A stretch of 64,000 nt of DNA, taken from positions 128,001-192,000 of the forward strand of contig CAWHMU010000045.1 in NCBI GenBank assembly GCA_963830365.1, in the 5' to 3' direction. Both the position numbers and the translations under genes were made by a program. The DNA comes from an uncultured Chlamydiae bacterium. GTDB lineage: Bacteria; Chlamydiota; Chlamydiia; Chlamydiales; Parachlamydiaceae. The stretch's first letter is position 1. Each line of letters begins with the position of its first letter. The notes below the pieces were generated by a model, which saw only the letters and a list, made by a program, of their open reading frames with translations, made no database searches and was not told where the DNA came from. Positions 9,950 through 19,734 of this stretch are shown piece after piece.

Positions 9950-10186
9950 TTGTTAACCAAAGAAGTGTGGATGCGATGTTTGTTAACAGCAACAGGAATA
10001 AGGAAAGAGAGCTAGAGGGATTGGTGGTAGGTCTGGACATGCCGTTGATTTGAAGTGCGCTTTGCTTGTTAATCGGCTCAAGTGATCATCAATATGCGGT
10101 TGGGGTTTGGCATACATGACTTTTGACTTTTAATGGGTAAAATCTTAAAATTACAACTTAATCATTTAACATGAAGATGTTTAGCC

Positions 10187-10945
10187 ATGATACCAATACC
10201 AACTGAGGCCTCTAAATTATCCCTATTAACATCATCAACACCGACATTATCGACAGCATCACCGATAAGAAAAAGAAAAGGTTGCCACCCCACGACTCCC
10301 GCTAAATCTTCTTTCCAAGCCACTGTTATGAAAGCTCTAGCCAATATGTCTTCTTCCGGCGGTACCGAAAAAAGTGTTAAAAAAGCAAGAAGTATCACCT
10401 TTAATACCGCCTCTAATACCATCGCTGAAGAGTCGAAAGAAACTCATGGAACATCAACAAGAACCATGCCCCATGACGTTGGATATTTGATTGCCAGCTA
10501 TGCAGAAATATCGAGGCCAGACGAGTGTGGCCAGCTGGATGATGAGTCCGAGGAGAAGCTGGATGTTGGGCAACAAATTCAAATGGATATGCTGAGCTGG
10601 TTGCATGCCGAAAAGAAAAAAAAACTTCATCAGGTGGTTGATAATACAATAGAATATTTGGTAAGCAAGCTTGGAGATGAATCCGAAAATTATCTAAAAG
10701 AGATCAGTCTGATTGCAGCATTTAAGAAAGGTATTCCCAAACTCCCTATCTATTCTAAGTCTAGTTTGTATGGCTTGAGTAATTGCATTTGCCTTGAAAT
10801 AGTCAAAGCCTTGCAAGGAAACGATCTGTTAAACTTGCTCGATAGCAATAGGGAATTCATGAAAACCTTGAGTCCTTTCGATATCAATGGCGATGTTTAT
10901 GCCAATCAACAGGGAGATCCATTTTTATATCCATCGCAATCATAA
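10187..10945 (+). CDS. Hypothetical protein, candidate secreted effector
   Basis: 252-aa AT-rich ORF with an S/T/P/K-rich N-terminus; no recognisable enzyme motif. Confidence 0.6.
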   Translation: MIPIPTEASKLSLLTSSTPTLSTASPIRKRKGCHPTTPAKSSFQATVMKALANMSSSGGTEKSVKKARSITFNTASNTIAEESKETHGTSTRTMPHDVGYLIASYAEISRPDECGQLDDESEEKLDVGQQIQMDMLSWLHAEKKKKLHQVVDNTIEYLVSKLGDESENYLKEISLIAAFKKGIPKLPIYSKSSLYGLSNCICLEIVKALQGNDLLNLLDSNREFMKTLSPFDINGDVYANQQGDPFLYPSQS

Positions 10946-11018
10946 CGGTTCATCACACAAATGAATGGTTGGCTGCAATGACTTCTCAAAAAATCATGGC
11001 GTGATCAGACTTTTAGGA

Positions 11019-11111
11019 TTGGGGTCTGGCTTGTGATTTGTGATTTGAAAGTTCTAACTGTATTAGAAAGCCCGACTCCTTTCAAATCGCAAATCGCAAG
11101 CCTGACCTCAA
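11019..11111. repeat. 33-bp imperfect inverted repeat (REP-like)
   Basis: ttggggtctggcttgtgatttgtgatttgaaag versus ctttcaaatcgcaaatcgcaagcctgacctcaa; 4 mismatches, 3 of them G-U compatible. Confidence 0.8.
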
Positions 11112-11186
11112 GCCGTTCAGCCAAGGCCTATACTATGCTTTTCAGGGTGGTGTTCATCTGTTCGATCAAAGTTATAAGAAATAACA

Positions 11187-11242
11187 ACATGATCTTAGGA
11201 TGGACAGGATAAATCAACATCCTGTCCATCCTAAGATCATGT
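11187..11242. repeat. Perfect 24-bp inverted repeat of the CAGGAT family
   Basis: acatgatcttaggatggacaggat-N8-atcctgtccatcctaagatcatgt. Confidence 0.9.
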
Positions 11243-11692
11243 GAATATTTTTATACGAAAAATCATTATGCCATAAGGTTCACATAGCCCGATCGCACAT
11301 GTCATACTCCCATTTTAATTCCGGCCAAGGCAGAATGTTAGCGTCTACCTTGGACCGAAAATCCCCCTTGCCAGAGTGAGGATGGCTAGTTTTTGTGAAT
11401 TAATTTCTATTAACCACCTATTTGTGTGATGAGCCAAAGATTTGAACTTTACCCCAAGAATTCACAATAATTTCAATTTAAATGTATTTATTGTCGCTTT
11501 TGCAACTATCTCTAGCGAGGCTAACCAGACCTTCTGTGGCAGAATGTCGATTTGTTTCAAAGCGAACCTTATAAATAGATTGTTACTTCTTTTTTTCTAC
11601 CAGCGATGACTAAGGCTTTTTGACGAATCCTCTCGGAGAGGTCCGCATTTGTGTGATGAATCACCTTTTTTTGCGGACGCCGAGGTTTCTGA

Positions 11693-11722
11693 TTGCGGGA
11701 TAAATGGCGATTTCCCTATAAT
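11693..11722 (+). promoter_or_regulatory. sigma70/sigma66-type promoter of tRNA-Ser
   Basis: TTGCGG-N18-TATAAT, 14 nt upstream of the tRNA. Confidence 0.6.
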
Positions 11723-11736
11723 TTTGCCATCTTTAA

Positions 11737-11823
11737 GGAAGAGTGTCCGAGTGGCTTAAGGAGCACGCTTGGAAAGCGTGTGTACGTGAAAACGTACCGT
11801 GGGTTCGAATCCCACCTCTTCCA
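11737..11823 (+). tRNA. tRNA-Ser (anticodon GGA), CCA not encoded
   Basis: GGAAGAG/CTCTTCC acceptor stem, CACGC-TTGGAAA-GCGTG anticodon arm, long variable arm, GGTTCGAATCC T-loop. Confidence 0.95.
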
Positions 11824-11858
11824 ATTGATACGCCTGCTGCCAAAGCAGCGCTGAAATT

Positions 11859-11886
11859 AGCTCACAATTTTTTGTGAGCTTTTTTT
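11859..11886 (+). terminator. Intrinsic terminator after tRNA-Ser
   Basis: agctcacaa/ttgtgagct hairpin followed by a T run. Confidence 0.75.
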
Positions 11887-12007
11887 ATGTCATCACATTT
11901 CAATTTTATTGGTTCATCCCACGTTGTTTTTAAGTAAGCGATTGACAAGCCAGTATGTAAAAAGTTATATAAAAACTTTAAGCACACAACTGCCTGGGGG
12001 GTTTTCG

Positions 12008-13282
12008 ATGCAACAGACTGTAAAATTGTGGTTCTTTTTTAGAGCCTTAATAAGTCCATCGCACCCTTATTTTATGTGGCTATGCCTCATGCTGGCAAGC
12101 TATGCCGGCCAGGGATTTGCCAACTTTGCTTATGTGACCAATAGCAGTGGGAACACCGTCTCGGTCATCGATACCACCAGCAATGCCGTCGTCGCCACAA
12201 TTTTAGTCGGCAACGCCCCTCAAGGAGCGGCCATTACACCCGATGGCAGCTTGGCCTATGTAACTAATTACAGCGACAACAGCATCTCCGTCATCGATAC
12301 TTCAAGCTATGCCGTCGTCACGACCATCGTCGCCGATTTTTCAGGTCCGCTCGGCATCGCCTTCACCCCTGACGGGCGCTATGCTTTTGTGGCTAATAAT
12401 GGCATGGATACGGTCTCTGTGCTCGATACCCAGACCAATACCATCACGGCTACAGTTACCGTGGATGTGTGGCCGGTTGGGATTGCGATCACTCCTGATG
12501 GCAGATATGTCTATGTGACGAATAATAACCCGAATAACGTCTCTGTCATCGATACCACAAACTATGCCGTGATAGCGACGGTGCTGGTGGGTAGCTCTCC
12601 CTTCGGGATCGCCATCACGCCCGGCGGAGGCTTTGCGTATGTAGCAAATCAAGGCGGCAACGAGGTTTCGGTAATTGACACCGGCAGCAATAGTGTCAGC
12701 GCGAGCGTGACGGTAGATTTCAATCCGCGCTATCTGGCGGTTACGCCGGATGGGCTATATGTGTATGTGGCCGATAGCAGCGCTGGGATGGTTTCTGTGA
12801 TCGCGACGGCGAGCAATACCGTCAGCACGACGGTGCCGGTGGGTAATAACCCCTTTGGTGTGGCCATTACGCCGGACGGATTTAGGGCCTATGTGAGTAA
12901 CTATGAAGACAATAGCGTCTCGGTCATTGATATCGCGACCAATACCGTCATTGCCACCATTCCAGTAGGCAGCGGGCCGCAATCTATTGCCATCACGCCT
13001 TCGCCGCCAACCCCTCCCCAATATCTTATCGGGAGGCAAGTGAACAACCGTTTCCTGACCCAGGCGGATTTGATCAATACGCTCACCTGGTCGGCCAGTG
13101 CGACCAAATCCGTAGTGAGTTACCAAATTTTTCGCGATGACATGCTCATCATGACCGTGTTAGCGACAGCCCCGTTAGTCTATCAGGACCACAACCGGCA
13201 AGCTAAACCTTATGTCTATAAGGTCATTGCCGTTGATGAGCACGGACTAAAAAGCGAGCCTGCGACAGTCACCATCTTATAA
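12008..13282 (+). CDS. Secreted YVTN beta-propeller protein (7 repeats) with a C-terminal FN3-like module
   Basis: Seven AYVxN...VSVIDT repeats and a hydrophobic leader. ATG 12008 is preferred over TTG 11909 because TTGACA at 11942 lies between them. Confidence 0.85.
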   Translation: MQQTVKLWFFFRALISPSHPYFMWLCLMLASYAGQGFANFAYVTNSSGNTVSVIDTTSNAVVATILVGNAPQGAAITPDGSLAYVTNYSDNSISVIDTSSYAVVTTIVADFSGPLGIAFTPDGRYAFVANNGMDTVSVLDTQTNTITATVTVDVWPVGIAITPDGRYVYVTNNNPNNVSVIDTTNYAVIATVLVGSSPFGIAITPGGGFAYVANQGGNEVSVIDTGSNSVSASVTVDFNPRYLAVTPDGLYVYVADSSAGMVSVIATASNTVSTTVPVGNNPFGVAITPDGFRAYVSNYEDNSVSVIDIATNTVIATIPVGSGPQSIAITPSPPTPPQYLIGRQVNNRFLTQADLINTLTWSASATKSVVSYQIFRDDMLIMTVLATAPLVYQDHNRQAKPYVYKVIAVDEHGLKSEPATVTIL

Positions 13283-13295
13283 AACCAGAGAAATA

Positions 13296-13784
13296 ATGCC
13301 GTTATTTTTGAGCATGTATGTCTTTAGCGTCTTGGGGTTTTTAATCCACTGGTATTGCACTGTGCCACAAGACCGCACGCCTAAAAGGAAAGTTGAGCTG
13401 ATGCTGCTTTACCAGCTGATATTTAGCTTGGGGATGACGAGCCTGCTGGCTTTTATCGGCCTGACCTTTATGGCGGAATATGTGGCTGAATATAGCGGCT
13501 GGCCGGTATGTCCTTTCCAGCAGGAGCTGGGGAATGTAAATCTTTCCTTTGGCATCCTGGGGTTGATGTGTATCTGGTGGCGAGGGGGGTTTTGGACGGC
13601 CACGATTTTAGGTTTCTCCATCTGGATCCTGGCGGACGGCATCCACCATATCTTCGATATCATCGTCAATCACAACTATGCGCCGGGAAGTATCGGCGTG
13701 TCGCTGATCACCGATCTGGTGGTGCCGGTCATCCTGTTGATATTGCTAGGCATCTTTCATAAAGAGTGCAAAAAAGAGGCCTAG
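13296..13784 (+). CDS. Small polytopic membrane protein (DUF6790-like)
   Basis: About 4-5 hydrophobic segments; PFQQELGNVNLSFGILG motif. Confidence 0.65.
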   Translation: MPLFLSMYVFSVLGFLIHWYCTVPQDRTPKRKVELMLLYQLIFSLGMTSLLAFIGLTFMAEYVAEYSGWPVCPFQQELGNVNLSFGILGLMCIWWRGGFWTATILGFSIWILADGIHHIFDIIVNHNYAPGSIGVSLITDLVVPVILLILLGIFHKECKKEA

Positions 13785-14099
13785 TTCAAATATAAGGTTA
13801 CCCTTTCCCTAACATCCTCTCCGTGTTCTCTGTGCCGCTGTGTTTTATTTTTTGAAACACAGAGAAAACAGAGAACAAAGAGGCCTAGTTCAAATATAAG
13901 GTTACCCTTTCCCTCATATCCTCTCCGTGTTCTCTGTGCCGCTGTGTTTTATTTTTTGAAACACAGAGAAAACAGAGAACAAAGAGGCCTAGTTCAAATA
14001 TAAGGTTACCCTTTCCCTCATATCCTGTCCGTGTTCTCTGTGCCTCTGTGTTTTATTTTTTGAAACACAGCGGCACAGAGAACACAGAGAGGATATGAG
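13773..14099 (+). repeat. Three tandem copies of a 104-bp unit
   Basis: aaagaggcctagttcaaatataaggttaccctttccct starts at 13773, 13877 and 13981. Each unit contains a ctctgtg/cacagag palindrome. Confidence 0.95.
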
Positions 14100-14384
14100 A
14101 AGAAAAACTGTTACTCATTTTGGATTGTTTTTGAACCATGCCAAAAAGAACTTGCGGGCAAATCGAACGAAGGCTGAGATTTGGGCATGAACGCAAAAAC
14201 CTGCCAAATGTCTGCCTTCTCTTTATCATCTCTTAACAATATTTTGTTATAGTTAAAACAATAAATACGAAATCGGTTGGTTTAAATCCAACGTATCTCG
14301 GAATTTTGAATGATTTCTTAAATCGAATTTCGCTAGTTGTCTTTGAGATAGTTAATAAATAATGTGATTTACAAGGAGATATAG

Positions 14385-14909
14385 ATGACAATATCTAATC
14401 TAGTTAATATGCCTGTAAGGTTAGCCTCTGCTTGCTGGCAAACAGTGTGTCAAAATAAGAAAACGATAGCAAAAGTCACTGCTGGTGTGGCTGCAGTCGC
14501 TATTGCGGCTATTCTTTATAATCAAAAACAGAGTCTAGACTATATGCAGGATAGTTTAATAAAAGTTGCAGATTCTGCTAAAGGGATGGAAAACACTATT
14601 CAAGGTGGAGGGATGACAATAGGTCACTCGATTGGATATATTGGTCCTGATGTACGATGCATGCCTTTTTCTACACCTTATAAATTGGAAGTTGAATTAT
14701 CAAAGTCAACACCTGATATCACAGGTTTATTTGATCAAGTAAAAGCATTATACAATAATGCTACATCATATGGAACAGATCTGTTCAGTCGTTATGGGTT
14801 TCACGCCACACGCGATGCTGTTGTTCAAAATAGCGATAAAGTAAAGGCTACATTCCTAATTTGTCGCTCAAGCTTAAGTAATTTGGTTTCCTCTCCTTGG
14901 TGTGGATAA
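14385..14909 (+). CDS. Hypothetical AT-rich protein with one hydrophobic segment
   Basis: AAGGAG RBS, 174 aa, VTAGVAAVAIAAILY segment; flanked by a direct duplication. Confidence 0.7.
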   Translation: MTISNLVNMPVRLASACWQTVCQNKKTIAKVTAGVAAVAIAAILYNQKQSLDYMQDSLIKVADSAKGMENTIQGGGMTIGHSIGYIGPDVRCMPFSTPYKLEVELSKSTPDITGLFDQVKALYNNATSYGTDLFSRYGFHATRDAVVQNSDKVKATFLICRSSLSNLVSSPWCG

Positions 14910-14951
14910 AATAACAAGCGAATATGCGTTGTAGTATATCCATTAACTGGA

Positions 14952-14986
14952 ATGAGGGGTAATATTGGAATAATATTACCCCTCAT
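14952..14986 (+). terminator. Perfect 15-bp hairpin (terminator or junction marker)
   Basis: atgaggggtaatatt-ggaat-aatattacccctcat. Confidence 0.55.
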
Positions 14987-15612
14987 ATTTTCGATATCAT
15001 CTATCATCAAAACTATGCGCCGGGGAGTATTGGCGTGTCGCTGATCACCGATCTGGTGGTGCCGGTCATCTTATTGATATTGCAAGTCATCTTTCATAAA
15101 GAGTGCAACAAAGAGGCCTAGTTCAAATATAAGGTTACCCTTTCCCTCACATCCTCGGTTCATCCGGTTTTATAGGACCCGCCTAGAAAAGGATGCGTAG
15201 AAATGGGGAAATGTAGGTAACACATCGGAGCAAAAATAACAGGATATTAGGATGGACAGGATGAAAGATTTAAACTTTAGTTTGCCAACTTTGCGATTTA
15301 CATAAGTCTTGGGCGATCATCCTATTTTTCATATCCTGACCATCGTAATATCCTGTTATTTTTGCTTGCCCTTTTCTCTTTACAAGTCCTGCAAAACCGG
15401 AAGAACCACATCCTCTCTGTTTTCTCTGTGCCGCTGTGTTTTATTTTTTGAAACACAGAGGCACAGAGAACACGGAGAGGGTATGAGAAGAAAAACTGTT
15501 ACTCATTTTGGATTGTTTTTGAACCATGCCAAAAAGAACTTGCGGGCAAATCGTCCGAAGACTAAGATTTAGGCATGAACGCAAAAACATGCCGAACATC
15601 TGCCTTCTCTTT
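14984..15612 (+). repeat. Diverged direct copy of 13647-14224 (3' end of the membrane-protein gene plus downstream DNA), interrupted by a MITE
   Basis: aactatgcgccgg..gtgtcgctgatcaccgatctggtggtgccggtcatc and gagaagaaaaactgttactcattttggattg..tctgccttctcttt occur in both copies. Confidence 0.92.
15157..15407. mobile_element. 251-bp non-autonomous MITE with 22-bp TIRs and an 8-bp target duplication
   Basis: TIRs ggttcatccggttttataggac / gtcctgcaaaaccggaagaacc (19/22 match). ACATCCTC on both sides. Empty site present in the paralogous copy near 13812. Confidence 0.88.
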
Positions 15613-15758
15613 TTTCCGCTGCTGGTGGCCACACGGCCATACATTTTAACTCGTCTATACTATATCACCCTTTTTTAATTCCGATCCGCAAGCCTGTCCA
15701 TCATGAAAACTTATGGGTAGGTCGATAATTTTTTAGCCTTTGTCTAAGCAGGAGTCTT

Positions 15759-16970
15759 ATGAAGACCAATCACATTTCGCAGGCCGGCAGCGTGCCTGGT
15801 GCCATGCTGCTCATTTCCGGCTGTTGTATAGGCGCCGGCATGTTGGGATTGCCGATCATGTCGGGCATGTCAGGCTTTGAACCCTCATTAGTCATGTTCG
15901 TGATCAGCTGGCTGTTTATGACGACCACGGCGTTGCTATTGCTGGAAGTAAATTTGTGGTTTAGCGATGAGGTGAGCATCATCTCCATGGCGGACCGCAC
16001 CCTGGGTTTTTTTGGCAAAGCCGCAGGCTGGCTGTGTTTCGTCTTCTTGTTTTATACTTTAGGGATCGCCTATATCGCCGGCAGTGGCGAGTTGATCGCC
16101 GATTTTGCACTGGAAACGACGGGCGTGGCCCTGCCGCCGTGGTTGGGCAGCCTCTGTGTGAGCATGCTGTTTGGGGTTTTCGTTTATCTTGGCACGCAGT
16201 CGGTCGATCTATTCAACCGGCTGCTGATGCTGGGTCTTGTGCTATCGTATATCTTGCTGGTGGTGCTAGGCGCCCCGCATGTCGATGCCGCCTATTTCAA
16301 GCATAAAGACTGGTCGATGGCAGCGGCGGTGTTGCCGGTGATGATCATCTCTTTCGGCTTCCACAATCTGGTGCCGAGCTTGACGACCTATCTTAACGGC
16401 GATGCCAGGCGTTTGCGGATTGCCATCATTGGTGGCAGCGCCATCCCGCTGCTTATTTACCTTGTCTGGGAATGGCTGATTCTAGGACTTGTCCCTGTGC
16501 ATGGCAAGGGGGGCTTTTTAGAAGCTATGGCGGGTGGAAATATGGCCACCGAAGTGTTAAAAAGAGCCGTCGGCAGCTCATGGGTAGTCGATGTGGCGCA
16601 GTATTTTGCCTTCTTTGCCATCCTGACATCATTCTTGGGCAATTCGCTGAGCTTTGTCGATTTCCTGGCCGACGGGCTGCATGTGAAGAAGGACCGTACG
16701 GGCAAGTTCGGTTTGTGCCTGCTGGTGATTCTGCCGCCCTTTGCCATGGCGCTGGCCTATCCAGGGATTTTCCTTAGCGCTTTGAATTATGCCGGCGCCT
16801 TTGGCGCCGTGATTCTGTTCGGCATTCTGCCTGCCTTAATGGTATGGTCGGGGCGTTACCATAAAAAGCTGGGCCAGGCACAGATGGTCCCCGGCGGTAA
16901 GGGCCTACTGCTGGTAATTATACTTTTTGCCTTCGGCGTGATGGCGTTGCAACTTTTTGAGATGAGTTAA
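15759..16970 (+). CDS. tyrP: Aromatic amino acid permease (TyrP/Mtr family), copy 1
   Basis: GCCIGAGMLGLP, LLLEVNLW and SFGFHNLVPSL motifs. Confidence 0.88.
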   Translation: MKTNHISQAGSVPGAMLLISGCCIGAGMLGLPIMSGMSGFEPSLVMFVISWLFMTTTALLLLEVNLWFSDEVSIISMADRTLGFFGKAAGWLCFVFLFYTLGIAYIAGSGELIADFALETTGVALPPWLGSLCVSMLFGVFVYLGTQSVDLFNRLLMLGLVLSYILLVVLGAPHVDAAYFKHKDWSMAAAVLPVMIISFGFHNLVPSLTTYLNGDARRLRIAIIGGSAIPLLIYLVWEWLILGLVPVHGKGGFLEAMAGGNMATEVLKRAVGSSWVVDVAQYFAFFAILTSFLGNSLSFVDFLADGLHVKKDRTGKFGLCLLVILPPFAMALAYPGIFLSALNYAGAFGAVILFGILPALMVWSGRYHKKLGQAQMVPGGKGLLLVIILFAFGVMALQLFEMS

Positions 16971-16971
16971 C

Positions 16972-18207
16972 ATGATAATGAAAAGACATAGCAAGTTAAT
17001 CGGCGGGGTGCTGCTGGTGGCAGGAACCGCCACAGGGGCGGGCATGCTGGCGTTGCCGGTGAGTACCGGCATGGCAGGTTTCTTGCCGTCATTGATGGTG
17101 TTCATATTCTATTGGGCCTATATGACGTATACGGCCTTTCTGATGCTGGAAGTCAATTTGTGGATCGGCGAAGGCACGAACCTCATTTCGATGGCCCGGC
17201 AAACGTTAGGTAGATGGGGACAGGCTTTCAGCTGGCTGATATATTTGTTTCTGCTCTATGCCTTGACGACCGCCTACATCGCCGGCAGCGCGCCGATAGT
17301 CATTGACGGCATTAAAGCCCTGACGGGCTTCATTCTGCCCGAATGGGCAGGGGCTATCCCGTTGTTGACCATCTTCGGCTTTTTCGTCTATAAGGGCATG
17401 CATTCCGTCGACCGCGTCAACCGCCTGCTGATGCTGGGGTTGGTGGTGGCTTACGGCCTGCTGGTGGTCTTTTTGACGCCGCATGTCGACGGGGAGCTGC
17501 TGAGACATGTCGATATGAAGTATGTGCTGATGGGGGTGTCGGTGGTGGCGACATCGTTTGGCTTCCACATCATCATTCCGAGCTTGGTGACGTATTTGGA
17601 AGGCGATGTGGCTAAGCTTAAGCGCGTGCTGGTTATCGGCAGCGCCATTCCGCTTTTGGTCTATATTTTATGGGAATTCCTGACTTTAGGCATCATCCCG
17701 ATTACGGGGCCGCATGGTATCCGGCAAGGGTATCTTGAAGGCAGCAACGGCGCGCATCTGCTGACGGCCTTTCTCGGGCATTCCCTCATCGCCATGGTGG
17801 CCCGCTTCTTTTCTTTCTTTGCCATCGTCACCTCATTTTTGGGGGTGTCACTCAGTCTTTCGGATTTCCTGGCCGATGGCTTGCGCATCAGGAAGACGCG
17901 CGGCGGCCGGGTGCTGTTGTACCTGATGACTTTTGTGCCGCCATTAGTCATCACGCTGATCGACCCGCGGGCTTTTTTAAGCGCCTTGGAATATGCCGGT
18001 GCTTTCGGCGTGGTGACGCTGCTGGGACTTCTGCCGGCGATGATGGTGTGGTCGGGTCGTTATCGCAAACGCCTGGCTGAAGGCTCCTCTTTCCGGACGC
18101 CGGGAGGCAAGGCCTTGCTGGTAGTTGTCATGCTGATTTCGCTGGGAGTCATCGTGATGGAGATCGCCATCAAAACCAATTTTCTGCCCGTGCCGATAGC
18201 CAAATAA
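16972..18207 (+). CDS. tyrP: Aromatic amino acid permease (TyrP/Mtr family), copy 2
   Basis: [13 protein letters not shown] and [11 protein letters not shown] motifs; paralogue of the upstream gene. Confidence 0.88.
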   Translation: MIMKRHSKLIGGVLLVAGTATGAGMLALPVSTGMAGFLPSLMVFIFYWAYMTYTAFLMLEVNLWIGEGTNLISMARQTLGRWGQAFSWLIYLFLLYALTTAYIAGSAPIVIDGIKALTGFILPEWAGAIPLLTIFGFFVYKGMHSVDRVNRLLMLGLVVAYGLLVVFLTPHVDGELLRHVDMKYVLMGVSVVATSFGFHIIIPSLVTYLEGDVAKLKRVLVIGSAIPLLVYILWEFLTLGIIPITGPHGIRQGYLEGSNGAHLLTAFLGHSLIAMVARFFSFFAIVTSFLGVSLSLSDFLADGLRIRKTRGGRVLLYLMTFVPPLVITLIDPRAFLSALEYAGAFGVVTLLGLLPAMMVWSGRYRKRLAEGSSFRTPGGKALLVVVMLISLGVIVMEIAIKTNFLPVPIAK

Positions 18208-18235
18208 TTTTAACAATTGTAGAAAAAGACATCTT

Positions 18236-19300
18236 ATGGAAACTATAGCAAAGAAAAGAATATTAACCGGCGACCGCCCTACCGGCCGTCTGCACCTCGG
18301 CCATTATGTAGGCTCGCTGAAAAATCGCGTCGCTCTGCAAGATCAGTATGAATGCTATTTCATCATCGCCGACTTGCATGTGCTGACCACCAAGCCTTCG
18401 AAAGAAGACATCCTCAATTTGCGCGAGCATATCCGCGAGATGCTGCTCGACTATTTGGCTTGCGGCATCGATCCGCGCAAGGCTACGATTTATCTGCAGT
18501 CGGCCGCGCCGGCAGTCTATGAGATGAATCTGATTTTTGAAATGCTCGTCTCACTTAACCGCCTGACAGGCCTACCGAGTCTTAAAGAGATGGCGCGCAA
18601 TGCGCATATGGATGCTGAAAGCATCCCCTTTGGTCTGATCGGCTATCCCGTGCTGCAGACGGCAGACATCCTGATGGCCAAGGCGCATGTGGTGCCGGTG
18701 GGCAAGGACAATGAAGCCCATATTGAGCTGTCGCGCGATATCGCCCGGCGCTTCAACCAGTATTATGGCGAAGTCTTCCCACTGCCTGAAGCTTTGCTTA
18801 GCGATGTGCCCACCCTCGTCGGCATCGATGGCAAAGGCAAGATGAGCAAATCGGCCAACAACGCCATCTATCTAAGCGACGATGCCAAAACCGTCGAAAA
18901 GAAGGTCAAAGGCATGTACACCGATCCAAACCGCGTACATGCACATGTCCCTGGCACGGTGGAAGGCAATCCCGTATTCATCTACCACGATATCTTCAAT
19001 CCCGACCGCGCCGAAGTCGAGAACTTAAAAGCGCGCTACCGCCAAGGCACGGTGGGCGACGTGGAAGTGAAGGGGAGTCTGATTGCCGTCATCAATGGCT
19101 TCTTAGAACCGATCCGCCGGCTGCGTCAAGATTTTGAAGCTGATAAAGGTCTGGTCGAACAGATCATCTACGAAGGCACTCAGAAGATGATCGACGTCTC
19201 CAATGCCACCCTCAAAGAAATGCGCAGCGCCATGGGCCTTGGCGGGGCATGGAATAAAATCTCGCGCATCGCCCGCGAGCGCCGGGAAAATATGCTGTAA
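18236..19300 (+). CDS. trpS: Tryptophan--tRNA ligase
   Basis: [14 protein letters not shown] (HIGH-like), YPVLQTADI and KMSKS motifs. Confidence 0.97.
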   Translation: METIAKKRILTGDRPTGRLHLGHYVGSLKNRVALQDQYECYFIIADLHVLTTKPSKEDILNLREHIREMLLDYLACGIDPRKATIYLQSAAPAVYEMNLIFEMLVSLNRLTGLPSLKEMARNAHMDAESIPFGLIGYPVLQTADILMAKAHVVPVGKDNEAHIELSRDIARRFNQYYGEVFPLPEALLSDVPTLVGIDGKGKMSKSANNAIYLSDDAKTVEKKVKGMYTDPNRVHAHVPGTVEGNPVFIYHDIFNPDRAEVENLKARYRQGTVGDVEVKGSLIAVINGFLEPIRRLRQDFEADKGLVEQIIYEGTQKMIDVSNATLKEMRSAMGLGGAWNKISRIARERRENML

Positions 19301-19319
19301 TTGAGTCGTAAAGGTCCGA

Positions 19320-19650
19320 AAGTGCATCACAGAGGCACCGAGGCAAAGAGAAACAAGCCGCCAAAACAAACCGACCGCGAAATATAAAGCAGCCTGTGGT
19401 GGTTAGGCTGAATTTGTATATAAAAAATACAACGCAAAGGAACAGCCAAGAGGCGCAAAGGCGTAAAGTAGCAAGCAGCAAAACACAAAAACAGGATGGC
19501 AGGATAAACGCAGTCTCAAGCATACTGGATATTGATACCGGCTGAGGCGTCCTTTTCCTTCTAGTGTGCTTAGCCTGCTATCATGTTTTTGTTTCCGGTT
19601 TACCCATGGTCGCGGACCATGGGCTATAGGCCTTAAGACCACTAAGCGGC
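19320..19650. repeat. Cluster of dispersed repeat families
   Basis: 19425-19510 resembles 1978-2070 (aacgc.aaggaacagccaagaggcgcaaag..caggatggca). Also a cacagaggcaccgag motif and a cccatggtcgcggaccatggg hairpin. Confidence 0.7.
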
Positions 19651-19734
19651 AAGCTGCAAGCCAGCGCCATGTATTACTGTTTCCCCTATTACCCCGTGAG
19701 CATGTACGTTATACCATGGTCTAGTGGTTTACAT

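Noticed and set aside
11420..11659. 13-bp direct repeat ATTTGTGTGATGA (11420 and 11647), resembling a CRP half-site
   Set aside because: No correctly spaced TCACA half-site and no element between the copies; may be chance.
13773..14099. Possible CRISPR array
   Set aside because: The 104-bp units are near-identical along their whole length, with no unique spacers and no cas genes.
11737..15612. tRNA-anchored genomic island
   Set aside because: No integrase and no duplicated tRNA 3' end (att site) found by eye.
15620..15758. Trp attenuator, T-box or TrpR operator upstream of tyrP-trpS
   Set aside because: No Trp-codon leader peptide, T-box motif or convincing palindrome seen.
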